The notes beneath the pieces are model-generated. The model saw only the letters and a program-made list of their open reading frames with translations. It made no database searches and was not told where the DNA came from. Below are positions 31,043-44,091 of a DNA stretch of 64,000 nt, piece after piece. Made by a program: the position numbers and the translations under genes. The DNA is from Asterias rubens (lineage: Eukaryota): positions 11,408,001-11,472,000 of the forward strand of contig NC_047066.1 of assembly GCF_902459465.1 (NCBI RefSeq), read 5' to 3'. Within the stretch, counting starts at the first letter, position 1, and each line of letters opens with the position of its first letter.

Positions 31043-32088
31043 GGTGTTGGATTGGACACTGGCATCGGATCAACTGATTTCCTGTAAGAGAAAAAAAAAA
31101 AAAGGTAAATTCATTTACACTATCAGGAAACACTATCAGTCATTTTCAGCAAGGTACATACATACAGCATTGGTGCTCGCTTCCACTTGACAACACATGA
31201 ATTCAAGGATAGTGTTAGGGGTAAGCCCTGACAACAAAATTGGTTGTTCTTTTCCCCCTTTTTATGGAAAATTTGCTCAAAGTCATGATGCTGTGATGAG
31301 GACACAGTGAACAAACTTCATTCTTAAACAGATGGGATACGGGTGTCATCATCCAATGCAGCAGAAATAGTCACACATTTTACATGAAGAAAAGACGAAA
31401 TGCATAATATACATGTAGGCTTAGTTTTGTCAGGCATAATTGGCTGGTGATTGTAAGATATAAATTGGTCTCGCAACTCAGCATTTTAACTCATTCCAGC
31501 ATGTTCAATGCCTGTTTTTGTGTTTCCAATCTAAAATGCCCAACTTTTTTAGTTTGTTTCAAAATTCTGCATAAAAGACGAGACTGAGAAAAATAGAGTC
31601 TTTCACTCCAAACAAAACGTTTCTTGCTTTGGTACAGTATACAGTACAGTACAGTATACAGTATACACAATACACAACAGTAAACATGTACTTGTACAGG
31701 AAATGCAGGCTCATACAATTGCCAAAAACAATTATTTATATGTTTTCATCACCTTTTGAATCAACATTCAGACCCCGAAATGTGATCCCCAATTTAAGTT
31801 GTAAACACCTGTGTGTTGTGCTTTCAAAAACAGGAAAATAACAGGCTTAAAAACTGGCCAGCCGTTCTCTATTACTGACTTACAAGTCGCTGCACTACAC
31901 AGTATTGCTGCCACCTCTGATGGAAAGTTCTATTTAATGAAAAAAGGATTACTGGGGTGTGGGACAGAACCCATTCAGCTTTCAGAGCATTTCAAAGGTT
32001 ATACATTGTACAACACAGTGCAAGTAATGTGTTAGCATGGAAGGGAGGAATGCCTGCCTGACATGTACAAGAACCTACGTATTGTTAA

Positions 32089-32798
32089 AGGCAGTGGACA
32101 CTATTGGTAATTACTCAAAATAATTATTAGCATAAAACCTTACTTGGTAACGAGTAATGGGGAGACTGGTTGATGGTATAAAACATTGTGAGGAACGGCT
32201 TCCTCTGAAGTGACAAAGTTTTTGAGAAAGAAATAATTTTCCTCAAATTTGATTTTGAGACCTCAGATTTAGAATTTGAGGTCTCAAAATCAACCGTCTA
32301 AACGAACACAACTTCGTGTGACAAGGGTGTTTTTTCTTTCATTATCTCGCAACTTTGACGACCAATTGAGCTCAAATTTTCACAGGTTTGTTATTTTATG
32401 CTTTGTTGAGACACACCAAGTGAGAAGACTGGTGTGTCTTCTCACTACCAATAGTGTCCAGTGTCTTTAAGGCAGTGGACACTGTTGGTAATTACTCAAA
32501 ATATTTATTGCTGTTGGTAGTATAAAACATTGTGCGAAACGGCTCCCTCTGAAGAAACACAGTTTTCAGGAGAGAAGTAATTTTCCACAAGTTTAATTTT
32601 GAGACCTTAGAATTAGACTTTTAAGGTCTCGAAATCAAGCATCTGAAATCACACAGCTTTGTGTGACAAGGGTGTTTTTTCTCGCAACTTTGACGACCAA
32701 TTGAGCTCAAATTTTCACAGGTTTGATATTTTATGCATATTGAGATACACGAACTGAGAAGACTGGTCTTTGACAACTACCAGAAGTGTCCAGTGTCT
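32089..32798 (+). mobile_element. Two tandem Kolobok-like family A copies (32089-32466 and 32471-32798)
   Basis: Share the TTAA at 32467-32470. Confidence 0.75.
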
Positions 32799-33440
32799 TT
32801 TTACTCTACAGAAAAATATCTGCAGAAAACCAGGGAGACTGTAGGCAGCTTTTGGATAGCAATTCACTTATAATCAACTTCAGTGTGCTTTAGTACTAGT
32901 AGTCATACACGTAGTCCTAATGTATCTTGCTAGAGGACTAAAAACTCAAATTTGAAGCGCAGGACATTTTGACAAGTTAGACAATGATCTGTTTGCCTCC
33001 AGTGTGCTTTGACAGTTTGAGTTCAGTATGTCAAGGTTCGTCCACACAGTCTGGCTGAGGATAATCTCCAATGCCCACAATAATGTCATTCAATACATCT
33101 TTATTGAAGGTAAGAAGAGATAAATTGAATGCAATGAAACTGTCTCTAACAATCACACATTCCATGTCGGCATTTCACAATGGGCTCAGTGGGAGATCAA
33201 ATTAAGACACTACAATAATAACAATTTGTATGCACTGTTATCAATAGGCTAACAGTGTTGTAGCCATGGTGGGCCGTGCTGGTCGGGCCTGCCCAGGACT
33301 AAAAGATTTCGCCCAGCACTCTTGAGCAAAACACACTGGTTTCCCCCAGATTGATGTCAAAAAAATGAATAATTTTGTTGAATCGCCTACCCTTGGTAGA
33401 GTAAATTTGGACTAAGAGCCCTCCACTAGAACTGCTGCAG

Positions 33441-33582
33441 CCGATTTCACGAAACGCTAGGATTAATCCCAACTCGAGTTAGGACGAGTTCAATTCGTCC
33501 TACGTATTTCGATACTGAACTTAACCCGTCCTAAGTCATTAAGATGAATCCTAAGTTGGGAAGAGTTTGGTGAAATCGACGG
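33441..33582. mobile_element. Harbinger-type MITE (CWG flanks)
   Basis: Same family as 8575-8736. Confidence 0.7.
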
Positions 33583-35407
33583 CTGGTCTACGTGTACATA
33601 CATGTACTATAGCTTAAACTCTGTTGGCCAACGATGCACAAGGCAGACATTTTTATTGGATATTTTGGCAATCTCAAACATGTGTCCAGCATTTAATATA
33701 CAAATAATAAATACCTTCAGAGAGAGTTTTCAAAATGCGCTGATTGGTCAAAGACTGGTCACCTGGGGTGTATTAAAAATGAGATGATGTGAACTAGCGA
33801 AAAAATGGCCCCTAAACAAGCATTTTTGTGTAAAGAGCCCTCTACATTATTATTGTAATCTTTTCCAATTATTAACTGTTTTCATTGTGGGTCAGAACGA
33901 ACATGTAGCAATTAAAAGTAGGCCTAATAATAATAACACATTTTTTTAGAAGTTGAGAGTTTACAACAATTCTTTTGGGGGGAGGTTGGACAGAGTGTAT
34001 AGAGTTTTGTACACAAAATGTACTACGTACATTTACATAGGGCCAGGGTATATTTAAACACATTCCTACATGTTCCTACTCACCGTTTGATATTTAACAA
34101 TTTTGAAATCTTAAGACGAGATCTAAATGAAGACAACTTGGTGAACAAGTAGTAAGCGCTCAATGCTTACATTTGTGACACAATAATTTAAATACTGGTA
34201 TTAGCAGTGATGACAAGATAAAGGCATCTGATAACGGGCGTTACATTTAAGCATGCCAAGATGACCAATTATTACCAATGCTTTCACACTTGTGAATCTC
34301 CATCACATTGTACAGTACACCATTACATGTACACATATAGGCCATGTAATTTACACTATGGTGACACCATAGAGTAAGGGTGACACACACAGAACACTGC
34401 AAAGAAATTATTGGCAAACACTTGTCGCTTGGTGTACACTTGACTCGAACCCACACTGAAAAAGGAATACTACCATACCTTCACCCCGTCATTAAGTAAG
34501 TTCGACCGCGGAGGTAGACATTTTACCACACGAGTAGGCCTAAATCTTTCCAGGGAGCAGTTATTAAGTAGTGGTAGAGATCATTCAATACATATTGTAC
34601 ACGACTGGAATACTAAAAACTGTCTGGGAAACTGTTTTCCCCCATCAGGTTTCTCAACAACAACAAAATATTGACTGCACATTTACTGAGCCTTTCTCTA
34701 AAAATACTAACCTGACCTTAACATGAATCCTGTAAGTGACACATTGAAACCACCCAGGGGAGACGCAATCTCTGCATGTAAGGCCCCCTATTGCATTGTC
34801 AACTTGAGTGTAACACACCGATAATCATTCATTTCACAGGGAACACCGCTGTGTTTAGAATTACGGAGTTTCCCTTTCCAATCAGTGGATTAGCTATGCA
34901 GGTCAGGTTAGATGATTGAGCCCAAGCCCCCCTACCCCCCCTCCCACCACAGGGTTATATAACCACTTTGAATACAAGAAATGGGTTTCAATTAGAACCA
35001 TACACACAAAACCTCTTGAACCCCCCCCCCCCCCCCAATCTTTCTCCTTGACTTGGGAAGGGAAAAGTTAAGTGACACCAAGGCCGGACAATTTGCTTAA
35101 AGTGACAAAATAAATACTTGAAAAGTGTTTGTGTTTACTCAGCTCAGCTCAGCCCAGCTCATTAGGTTATTCTTAGAGGGAAAGATCCGCCAGACTGCTA
35201 GACTTGCAGCTCAAAGTACATGTAGCTCAAAGTTTTATTGGACCACATTTTTTGTTTGTTAAATTCTAGACCAGAATCAAAATAAGAAAAAACTAAATAC
35301 ACCGTAGCCTATACAATAAACTTTTTTTATTTGAACTGACATTAAGAAAAATATTGTAGTTGAAACTGACCAGAATCAATAACATTAGTCTGACTCTAAA
35401 AAAAAAA

Positions 35408-35548
35408 GGTCATGTCCGAAACGGTGACTCTGGCTACAGCTAAGGCTACACGTACATGTAGAACGTGCGCGTCTGCCTATTCTTTAACACTGACAGACGC
35501 GCTCATCTTGCTGTAGCTGTAGCCGAAGTCGCCGTTTTGGACACGGCC
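35408..35548. mobile_element. Harbinger-type MITE (GGCC termini, TAA flank); relative at 39560-39680 in the Myb/SANT intron
   Basis: GGTCATGTCCGAAACGGTGACT...AGTCGCCGTTTTGGACACGGCC with GCTACAGC subterminal motifs. Confidence 0.65.
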
Positions 35549-37189
35549 TAAGAAAGTCTAAGTCATGATTTGAACATCCTTTACAAGACCACTGGCATTG
35601 TGCTGGACTTGTTTTGTCATGCTTAATCTTGCATGTACATACAGTCAGACAGAGAGGTCTGGCTGAACCATGGAGGGTTGAGTTCCAGAATAAATGAAGA
35701 GATGCAATGGGACAGGTGTGGACAGCAAATTAACAGATGGGTGAAGCAACAAACTGTTGAAAGTAAACTGCCCAGAGTCTAGGCTCAATGAATGTTATTT
35801 TTAAGGTAATATTATTAGCTTGAACCATAAAGCGTTTTCCATGTCATACAATGTAGTATGACATGTAGGAAAATTGCACGTATCACACAATGTATGGGCA
35901 CACTTCCATGTACCTACTGGTTGGCAAATTGTGATAATATCGGGCCTTTATCCATACATGACATACATGTCTGTGATGTGCCTTCATTATGGCATTTGCC
36001 AACCAATTGTACGGTCGGTACCTCATTACAAAGGGTACAATTTACATTACAAAGGTGTACAATTTACTGTACGTGTTTAAGGGAACATCAAAAGCGTATA
36101 CCTCCCCCCAGAATGTACTGCGTGATAAACGTCTGTTCAATTACAACTATTGGACTCTATGAATATGAAAACACAATTAACCACAAGTTCTAAGATAATC
36201 CAAGTGTGCAACGTACTTACATGGTACACCTTATTCGTCTTAAGATGGCAGATTCAATCTTCAAGAAAATGTTTTCCCTAGCATAATCCGGTTAAATATT
36301 CTCAAGACAGGGAGATAAGAAGAGAGTGTCTGGGTCACTGCACCAGGGAGACACAGTGCCTCTTGAGGTCCTCAACCACCCAACAACCAACGACAGTGGT
36401 TTAGAGACACGTCTGAATCGTAGTACATATGTAAGCATCACTGCTTGGACAGGACATCTTAACTCTATAAAAAGACTGACCTCGTCCAAGTCACATCCTT
36501 ACTGTCTCCTTTGTAGTAGACCATTCAAGGAAGTCCTTCCTCAGTGAACGGTTATAAAGGATCACAACTTATTTCCTGAAAACTTCAGTTTTTCAGTTAT
36601 GCAGCTTTAGTAAGGGCCTTTTTTTGCTGAAGAAAACTGGTACCAACACTAGAGGGTATTAAAAATCTTGTCTTTTCTGTCCACGTATACATTGTACCTG
36701 TGCATACATCGACAATGCACAGTACATACATACATACATGTAGGCCTACGTGTATATAATAGGCTATGCCTACAACCATCAGAGAATTAGTCAATTTAAA
36801 GAAAGTTTTTTAAATAAACTGAACTGTTGTACAGAACACACTACTTATCATATTTTTAAATGCACCAGACACAGTTGGTTATTGTCACAGACCAGTCTTC
36901 TCGTTTGGTGTATCACAACAAATGCATAAAATCACCTATGAAAATTTGGACACAATTTTCGGCCCACGCAGTCAAATAAGTTTGTTAAAGTACACATTAC
37001 ATAAAATTCTCCCAACTCCCATTGTCAGATTTGATGACCTAAAAATCCAGTAACAAGCTTGTAAACCCATTTAATGTCAAATAAAAAAAAAGGACCAGTA
37101 GCTAGTCCCCTCCCTCAACCTTTTTTGAGGCCGCATCCTTTTTTTTTTTTTTTAACAGACAAATTTTCTGTGGTATAATTTATCTTTAA

Positions 37190-38292
37190 AGCCATTGGAC
37201 CCTTTCGGTTCAGAAAAAAAAAAAAAAGTTCACAGATTTACAAATAACTTACAGGGTTTACAGAAGGCAATGGTGAAAGACTTCTCTTGAAATATTATTC
37301 CATGAAATGCTTTACTTTTTGAGAAAACAGCAAATCAATATAAATTCTCGTTAACGAGAATTACGGATTTATTTGAAACACATGTCATGACACGGCGAAA
37401 CGCGCGGAAACAAGGGTGGGTTTTTCCGTTGTTTTCTCCCGACTCCGATGACCGATTGAGCCTAAATTTTCACAGGTTTGTTATTTGATATATAAGTTGT
37501 GGTACACGAAGTGTGGGCTTTTGGACAATACTGTTTACCGAAAGGGTCCAATGGCTTTAAAGCCATTATACACTTTCGGTAAACAGTATTGTCCAAGTCC
37601 CAAACGTTCGTGTATCACAACTTTATAAAATAACAATCCTGTGGAAATTTAGGCTCCATCGGACATCGGAGTCGGGAGAAAATAACGGGAAAACCCACTC
37701 CTGTTTTCGCGCATTTTGCCGTGTCATGGCATGTGTATATAACAAATCCGTAATTCTCGCTAACGAGAATTTATATTGTTTTATCGTTTTCTCAAAAAGT
37801 AAAGCATTTCATGGACTGATATTTCAAGAGAAGTCTTTCACCATATCTGTAAATTATTTGTAAATCTGTGAACTTTTTTTCTGTACCGAAAGGGTCCAAT
37901 GGCTTTAAAGGCAGTGGACACTATTGGTAATTACTCAAAATAATTATTAGCATAAAACCTTTCTTGAATACGAGTAATGGGGAGAGGTTGATGGTGTTAA
38001 ACATTGTGAGAAACGGCTCCCTCTGAAGTGCCATAGTTTTCGAGAAAGAAGTAATTTTCACCTAAATTTGATTTAGAGACCTCAGATTTAGAACTTGAGG
38101 TCTCGAAATCGACCATCTAAACGCACACAATTTCGTGTGACAAGGGTGGTTTTTTTCTTTCATTATTATCTCGCAAGTTCGGTGACCGATTGAGCTCAAA
38201 TTTTCACAGGTTTGTTATTTTATGCATATGTTGAGATACACCAACTACGAAGGCTAGTCTTTTTTGACAATTACCAATAGTGTCCACTGCCT
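37190..38292. mobile_element. Chain of three Kolobok-like MITEs: B (37190-37556), B inverted (37561-37904), A (37909-38292)
   Basis: Separated only by TTAA at 37557-37560 and 37905-37908; TTAA also at both outer ends. Confidence 0.85.
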
Positions 38293-38947
38293 TTAATAAC
38301 AAGTTCGTATTATACATAAAGTGAGCTTGGTGACTTAAAACTGAAGAATTGATGGCCAGTTGTTTGAATTAAAATGCTTCCTGTCTACCTTTGAAAAAGA
38401 AAAACATAAGCCTATTAAACAAAAAAAGCCCCTCATCCTCCTCTTTATGGAAAAACCCAGACGATAAACTGTTTTTTCTTTTACTTGGCCTAGGCTTCAT
38501 ATTCTGTTTTGTGGATTGGATGCTTGTCAAAATGGGTTACATCATAGAGCTAGGGTTTTACATTGTCACCAAATCAATATGAAAGCTTAAGTACAGTTAC
38601 ATGGGCAAACCTACACAGTAAGCCGGTACCCGAATAAGTGGCCATGAAGCCTGTGGCCGAATTCATGAAAAATAGCAATTGCCGATAAGCACAGTGACAG
38701 GCACAGAGTATAGCAATGTTAATCAAGCAGAAGCTGCAAAGCAAAAGCAATTCCTTACAATCTATAAATAGTCCTGACCTTTTGCTTTTTTATTCTACCT
38801 CCATGCTTTGACTAATTGCTTTTCCTCACGCTAGCCCAGCAATTGCTTGTAGGTTCTTAACAAAAGACTATTCATGTGCGATGAGGCATGCTCAAGTGAA
38901 GCTTTATAACTTAGAAGCAGGTTTGCTTTTCCCACACAGTTTTCAAA

Positions 38948-40117
38948 ATGGCTGCCCAGAGTGAAGAGCATACTGTTGTAAAAAGTGAACAAGTGAGTGC
39001 AGTTTTTGTCACACTCATCTTAAAACACCCTGTTCTTCTAAACAAATCTCAACTACCGAGTATCAAGGAAAAGAAATGGAACGCTCTCCAGGACGCCAAA
39101 GCAATAATTGCAAAAACCACCGGGAAAAACATGGATGACAAACAAATATTGAAGAAAGTTGCCAACATGAAAGTACAAGTCAAGAAGAAAATGGAGGCAG
39201 CCAAAACCGGTAATCAAACGATTAACCTGCGTTCCTGGGAGAAAGATCTCTTCTACGCATTGAAAGGGCAAAAAACACCTACATGTACCACCACACACAA
39301 GATGGCTTCTGCAATTTCAGCAGGATTTTGTTCCTCCAGTTGTGCTTCTGCTGATGTCAGCTTTGGGGTATGTATTAATTTTGTTATCCTTGACAAGTTT
39401 TGTTCCTCCTTTTTTTTATACTATAATTTTGCATTCATTAGAATTGTGTTCCACGAGAGCAAAAGCAGACTTTGCATCACTTTATACAGACTTTTTGAGT
39501 GCACTCAGCACTATTTTAATTATATGACAAATTATTCAAAAATGAAGTACAACGAGTAAGGCCATGTCAAAATTAGCGGCTGCGGCTAGATTACCACATC
39601 ACCATGTGTCAAGGTATAGGACGTCCTTAGCAACACCCTTAGCAAAAGCCGTAGCTGTAGCCACCAATTCAGATTCGGCCTATAGCTTAGGAAACAAAAC
39701 TAATCATAATGCTAATTTTGTTTTTTTAATACCCATACACCGATGTGTGTTAGCACTGTATACTCAGTACTTTCCCGAGTCCTGTGATGCAAATTAACAT
39801 CTATTATAATCATAATGCATTATTTGATCTTGCAGGGTTTAAAGAATTCAAGTGGGCAATGCGGTTCCAAATCAGCCTCGACGTCTCCCCAAAGTCAATT
39901 CTCAACACCGCTACCTCTTCGTGGATCCAAAAGGAAGAGTTTAGGCCTACCCGGTGAGACTGAGGAAACCATGAACCTGTCTACGACCAAACTACAGCGA
40001 CTTGTACTGTTGGAGCAACTGAACTACACCAGGATGAAAATTAGACGGCTAGAGGAGAACAAACAGACAGCACAAGAGGACCTATCAAGTGGATCAACGG
40101 ATGCGATGCATTACTAA
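38948..40117 (+). CDS. Myb/SANT-like DNA-binding protein of PIF/Harbinger type (MSANTD-like), 233 aa; exons 38948-39367 and 39836-40117
   Basis: Phase-0 GTATGT...TTGCAG intron joins the two ORFs. Lys-rich trihelix-like N-terminus (LILKHPVLLNKS...KEKKWNAL...QILKKVANMK), Ser-rich linker, C-terminal LQRLVLLEQL coiled segment. Confidence 0.72.
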
Positions 40118-40579
40118 CTTGAGGAACTACATGTCATACACCATCACTGGATTACAACACAACGTAAAAGTGTTGACATTTTTCTTTACATGTACATTGT
40201 ACCATTCTTCAAACAAAAACGCTGGAGATCTGCACATTTAAAAAATGTTAGGCTTGTTGGGGGTATTTATTTCTAAAAATCTTTATTTTATTTTTTTCGG
40301 GGGGGGGGGGGAGGGGGGAATTACATTTTGAAGCAGTCCAAAACAAAAGACGTTAATACAAAGTTAACAGTAACAACTGTTTCAGTAGAAGGCCTACAAT
40401 GTAGCTCAAAATATTTACTGGACCAACATTCTTCTTGAAAATAATAAATAAGGGGGAAGAAACACAAGGGTCAATTATGTACAGTGTAATTTACTACAAT
40501 TGTACTGAACCATGTACATGTAGATGCAATGCATGAACCGTAATTAAAATCTAACTTGTCCCGCTGGTACTGAAGTTAA

Positions 40580-40973
40580 TGGCAGTGGACACTTTTGGTG
40601 GTAATTACTCAAAATAATTAGCATACAACATGTAGAACCTATCGGTAACAAGTAATGGGGAGAGGTCGATAGTTAAAACATTGTTAGAAATGGCTCCCTC
40701 TGAAGTGACGTAGTTTTCGAGAAAGAAGTAATTTTCATCAAATTTGGAATATCAAGACCTCAGATTTAGAATTTGAGGTCTCTAAATCAAGCATCTGAAA
40801 AGCGCACAAATCCATGTGACAAGGGTGTTTTTTTCTTTCATTATTATAGATCTCCCAACTTTGATGACCGATTGAGCTCAAATTTGTACAGGTTTGTTAT
40901 TTAATGCATGTTGAGATACACCAAGTGAGAAGACTAGTCTTTGACAAAAAATTACCATTAGTGTCCAGTGTCT
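40580..40973 (+). mobile_element. Kolobok-like family A copy
   Basis: TIRs and internal match. Confidence 0.75.
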
Positions 40974-41202
40974 TGAAGGCCATACAGTGCATACAGTGTT
41001 TCTTGCTGCTGTATACGTACAGTACTAGAACATATATACGCTGACTTGTATAAGAAGCACTTTTATGTTCAAGGATGACCTCATGGTTGGATCACAGCAT
41101 GAATGCGATGCACCTCAATGCACTGATGGCTGGCAGAGTGTGCAAAATTAAGAATTTCATTTAAACAACTTATGCTTTGGTAATAATGAAATTTCACGAA
41201 AA

Positions 41203-41317
41203 TAACTCCTCAGCAAAATCTGTAAGATTAATTATACTTGATCATTTCAATGATTTATAACTCCTCAGCAAAATCTGTAAGATTAATTATACTTGATCAT
41301 TTCAATGATTTATAACC
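41203..41317. repeat. ~55-bp direct tandem duplication
   Basis: ATAACTCCTCAGCAAAATCTGTAAGATTAATTATACTTGATCATTTCAATGATTT occurs twice. Confidence 0.85.
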
Positions 41318-41482
41318 ATGGGTAGGCCTTCATGTTGTACACAATACATGTCAGTGGTTGAAATTTTGTTAAAGAGTTGCCCCTCATTTAAAATTACGCT
41401 TTTGTTTTTGATTGGTTTTCAAAAGATTGTATAGTGATGTGTACATCCTGTGTGTGCTAAGTTAATTTCCCAAAATATTTAA

Positions 41483-41901
41483 AGGCTGTGGACACTATTG
41501 GTAATTACTCAACATAATTATTAGCATAAAACCTTTCTTGGTGACAAGTAATGAGGAGAGGTTGATGGTATAAAACATTGTGAGAAACAGCTCCCTCTGA
41601 AGAGCCATAGTTTTCCACATAGTTTTCGTCGAAGTTGCGAGATAATAATGAAAGAAAAAAACACCCTTGTCACACGAAGTTGTGTGCTTTCAGATGCTTG
41701 ATTTCGAGACCTCAAATTCTAAACCCGAGGTCTGGAAATCAAATTCGTGGAAAATTACTTCTTTCTTGAAAACTACATTACTTCAGAGGGAGCCGTTTCT
41801 CACAATGTTTTATTCTAGCAACCTCTCCCCATTACTCGTAATCAAGAAAGGTTTTTATGATAATAATTATTTTGAGTAATTACCAATAGTGTCCACTGCC
41901 T
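41483..41901. mobile_element. Rearranged Kolobok-like family A element with two left ends (fold-back)
   Basis: About 130 bp of the left end followed by an inverted copy of the left two-thirds. Confidence 0.7.
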
Positions 41902-43415
41902 ATAATTGAAATCTCATCCACACAAACTTCAGTTTCCTGTACCCAAACGCAATTTTCAGCATTGAAAATAAAGGGTTCATAAAGGGTCTGGATTCTTAGT
42001 CTGGATACTTTTTGTAGGACACGAAACACATTGTCCACAGATGAACATGAAACTCACAGTTTAAAAAAGATGATAGCAAAGCATCCCTGAAAATATTACT
42101 TGCTGAGGTACTGTAGTTTTTAATAAATTGAGTTCTACAAGTCGTGTTAATCATTTTTGTCTTTAAAGACGAACATTATTTTAGCATGTAAAACGTATTT
42201 TTGTGACATTGTTTTACTCATTTCTCAAAAACTACAGCACCTTAGCTAGTAAAATTAAAAGGTAAGCTTTTTACTATCATTATCTTCAAATGCTGTAAGT
42301 TTAATGTAAATCTGTGGATTTTGTGTTACAAAAAGTACCAAAAATCCTTTAATACCAAAAAGGGTAAAACATCTGATTAAATGTCAGCGCACAGATCATC
42401 AATAGTGCCTATTGACATGGACGCATGGTTTCAAGACGATTTCTCTTGCCATCATCAATGTTTATCAGTCAGCAAGAGTGCACACTGCATCCAGTGCTGC
42501 AACTTCAAGGTTGTGGATGACTCACTGATTGTAACTAGGTAATGGGATATTGAAATTGCAGCGCCCTTAATGGGAAACATCAAGCAGTTTATAGGTAATG
42601 CACAGTAGCTTGAATTGTGCACTACATGTATATTGACTATATTATGCATCAGACATGGTAATTCGTTCTGTCCTTACTCTATGGTTCCGGCTAGGGCAAG
42701 ACAGTTTTTCATTTGATAAGGGGGCATCACTACGAGATTTGTAAAGACAAAGAAGCACCAGCTAGACAATGATAGGGGCATTGGGCTCCGAAGAGTACAA
42801 TGATGATGTAATAATACATTGATTTTTAGTGTTTCAAAAAAAAATTCTGTATCAGGCTCAAATGGGCAATAATATGGTTACTGACAATACAGTTTAAAAA
42901 CAATTATTTGGGTTCTTGCTTGTTTTACGAAAAGCTGTTTAAAAATTTGGTAACCAGTGATCATCATCATAAGATAAACAATCATTGCCAAACTGAAAGC
43001 TGATACGTACATGTACTGTACTAGCATGTTTGATAAGTTTTTACACATACACATTGTACTTTCAAAGGGCATGCATACATGTACATGTTGTAGTGTATGG
43101 TATATACTACATACATGTATGCATGCCCTTTGAAAGGACAATGTGTGTAAAAACTTATCAAACATGTAGCACTAAGGCCTACTTTACATGTAAAGCCAGG
43201 TCAACCATGTGAGAGGATCAAGATTGGATTTATTATTCTGCAGAAGTGTGACTGACAACACCTTCCATATTTTACATTCATTGATTTTACGAGAGAACTA
43301 CATACAACATTGTGTACATGCTCATTGTACTCTTGTCCTGTGTGCATTTTTGGTGCTACAGGCCGACTACAATGTCAGAGTAAATTTTATCTGTCAGTTA
43401 GTACCATGTCATTAA

Positions 43416-43781
43416 AGGCAGTGTACACAATTGGTAATTACTCAAAATAACTACCTTACTTGGTATTAACGAGTAATGTGGAGAGGTTGATAGTATAAAA
43501 CATTGTGAGAAACGGCTCCCTCTGAAGTGCCAAAGTTTTCAAGAAAGAAGTCATTTTCCACGAATTTGATTTCGAGACCTCAGATTTAGAACTTGAGGTC
43601 TCGAAATCAACCATCTAAACGCACACAACTTCGTGTGACAAGGGTGTTTTCCTCGAAACTTTGATGGCCAATTGAGCTCAAATTTTCACAGGTTACACAC
43701 ATGTAGTTATTTTACGCATATGTTGAGATACACCAACTGTGAAGGCTAGTCTTTAACAATTACCAATTAGTGTCCACTGCC
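43416..43781 (+). mobile_element. Kolobok-like family A copy
   Basis: TTAA|AGGCAGTGTACAC...GTGTCCACTGCC. Confidence 0.75.
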
Positions 43782-43847
43782 AACACGTATACGGCCCTCC
43801 ATTAAACCTATCTTTACTTGATCACAACATAGGGAATCAAAGGCAAG

Positions 43848-44091
43848 GGCCACGGGGTCCATTGGCTGTGCTTACTGCTGAATTCTGCGCTTATGATCAC
43901 CATTCTGCGCTTACGTGCAAGCGCCAAATTTCTGCGCTAGCCTTGTAAGCGTAGAATGCCAAGTACCAAGGAGTATACACGGGCACAAGCAAAAATCACG
44001 CTAACGCTTGACGTAGGGGGCTAAGCACTGAATTCCTTGCCGTTAGCGTTGATTCTGTGCTCACGATTAGCAGAGCCATGAAATTGTGCCC
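43848..44091. mobile_element. Harbinger-type MITE (GGCCC...CATGAAATTGTGCC|CAG), source family of the 194-bp tandem repeat
   Basis: Shares TTCTGCGCTAGCCTTGTAAGCGTAGAATGCC and its right end with the 59879-60369 units. Confidence 0.6.

Noticed and set aside
28885-31190. Several plus-strand ORFs of 60-155 aa
   Set aside because: They are antisense shadows of the cytospin coiled-coil exon.
42380-42600. Decayed Harbinger transposase partner on the minus strand (VIHNL..., DDGKRNRL)
   Set aside because: Only vague resemblance, several stops, and no DDE catalytic motifs recognisable.
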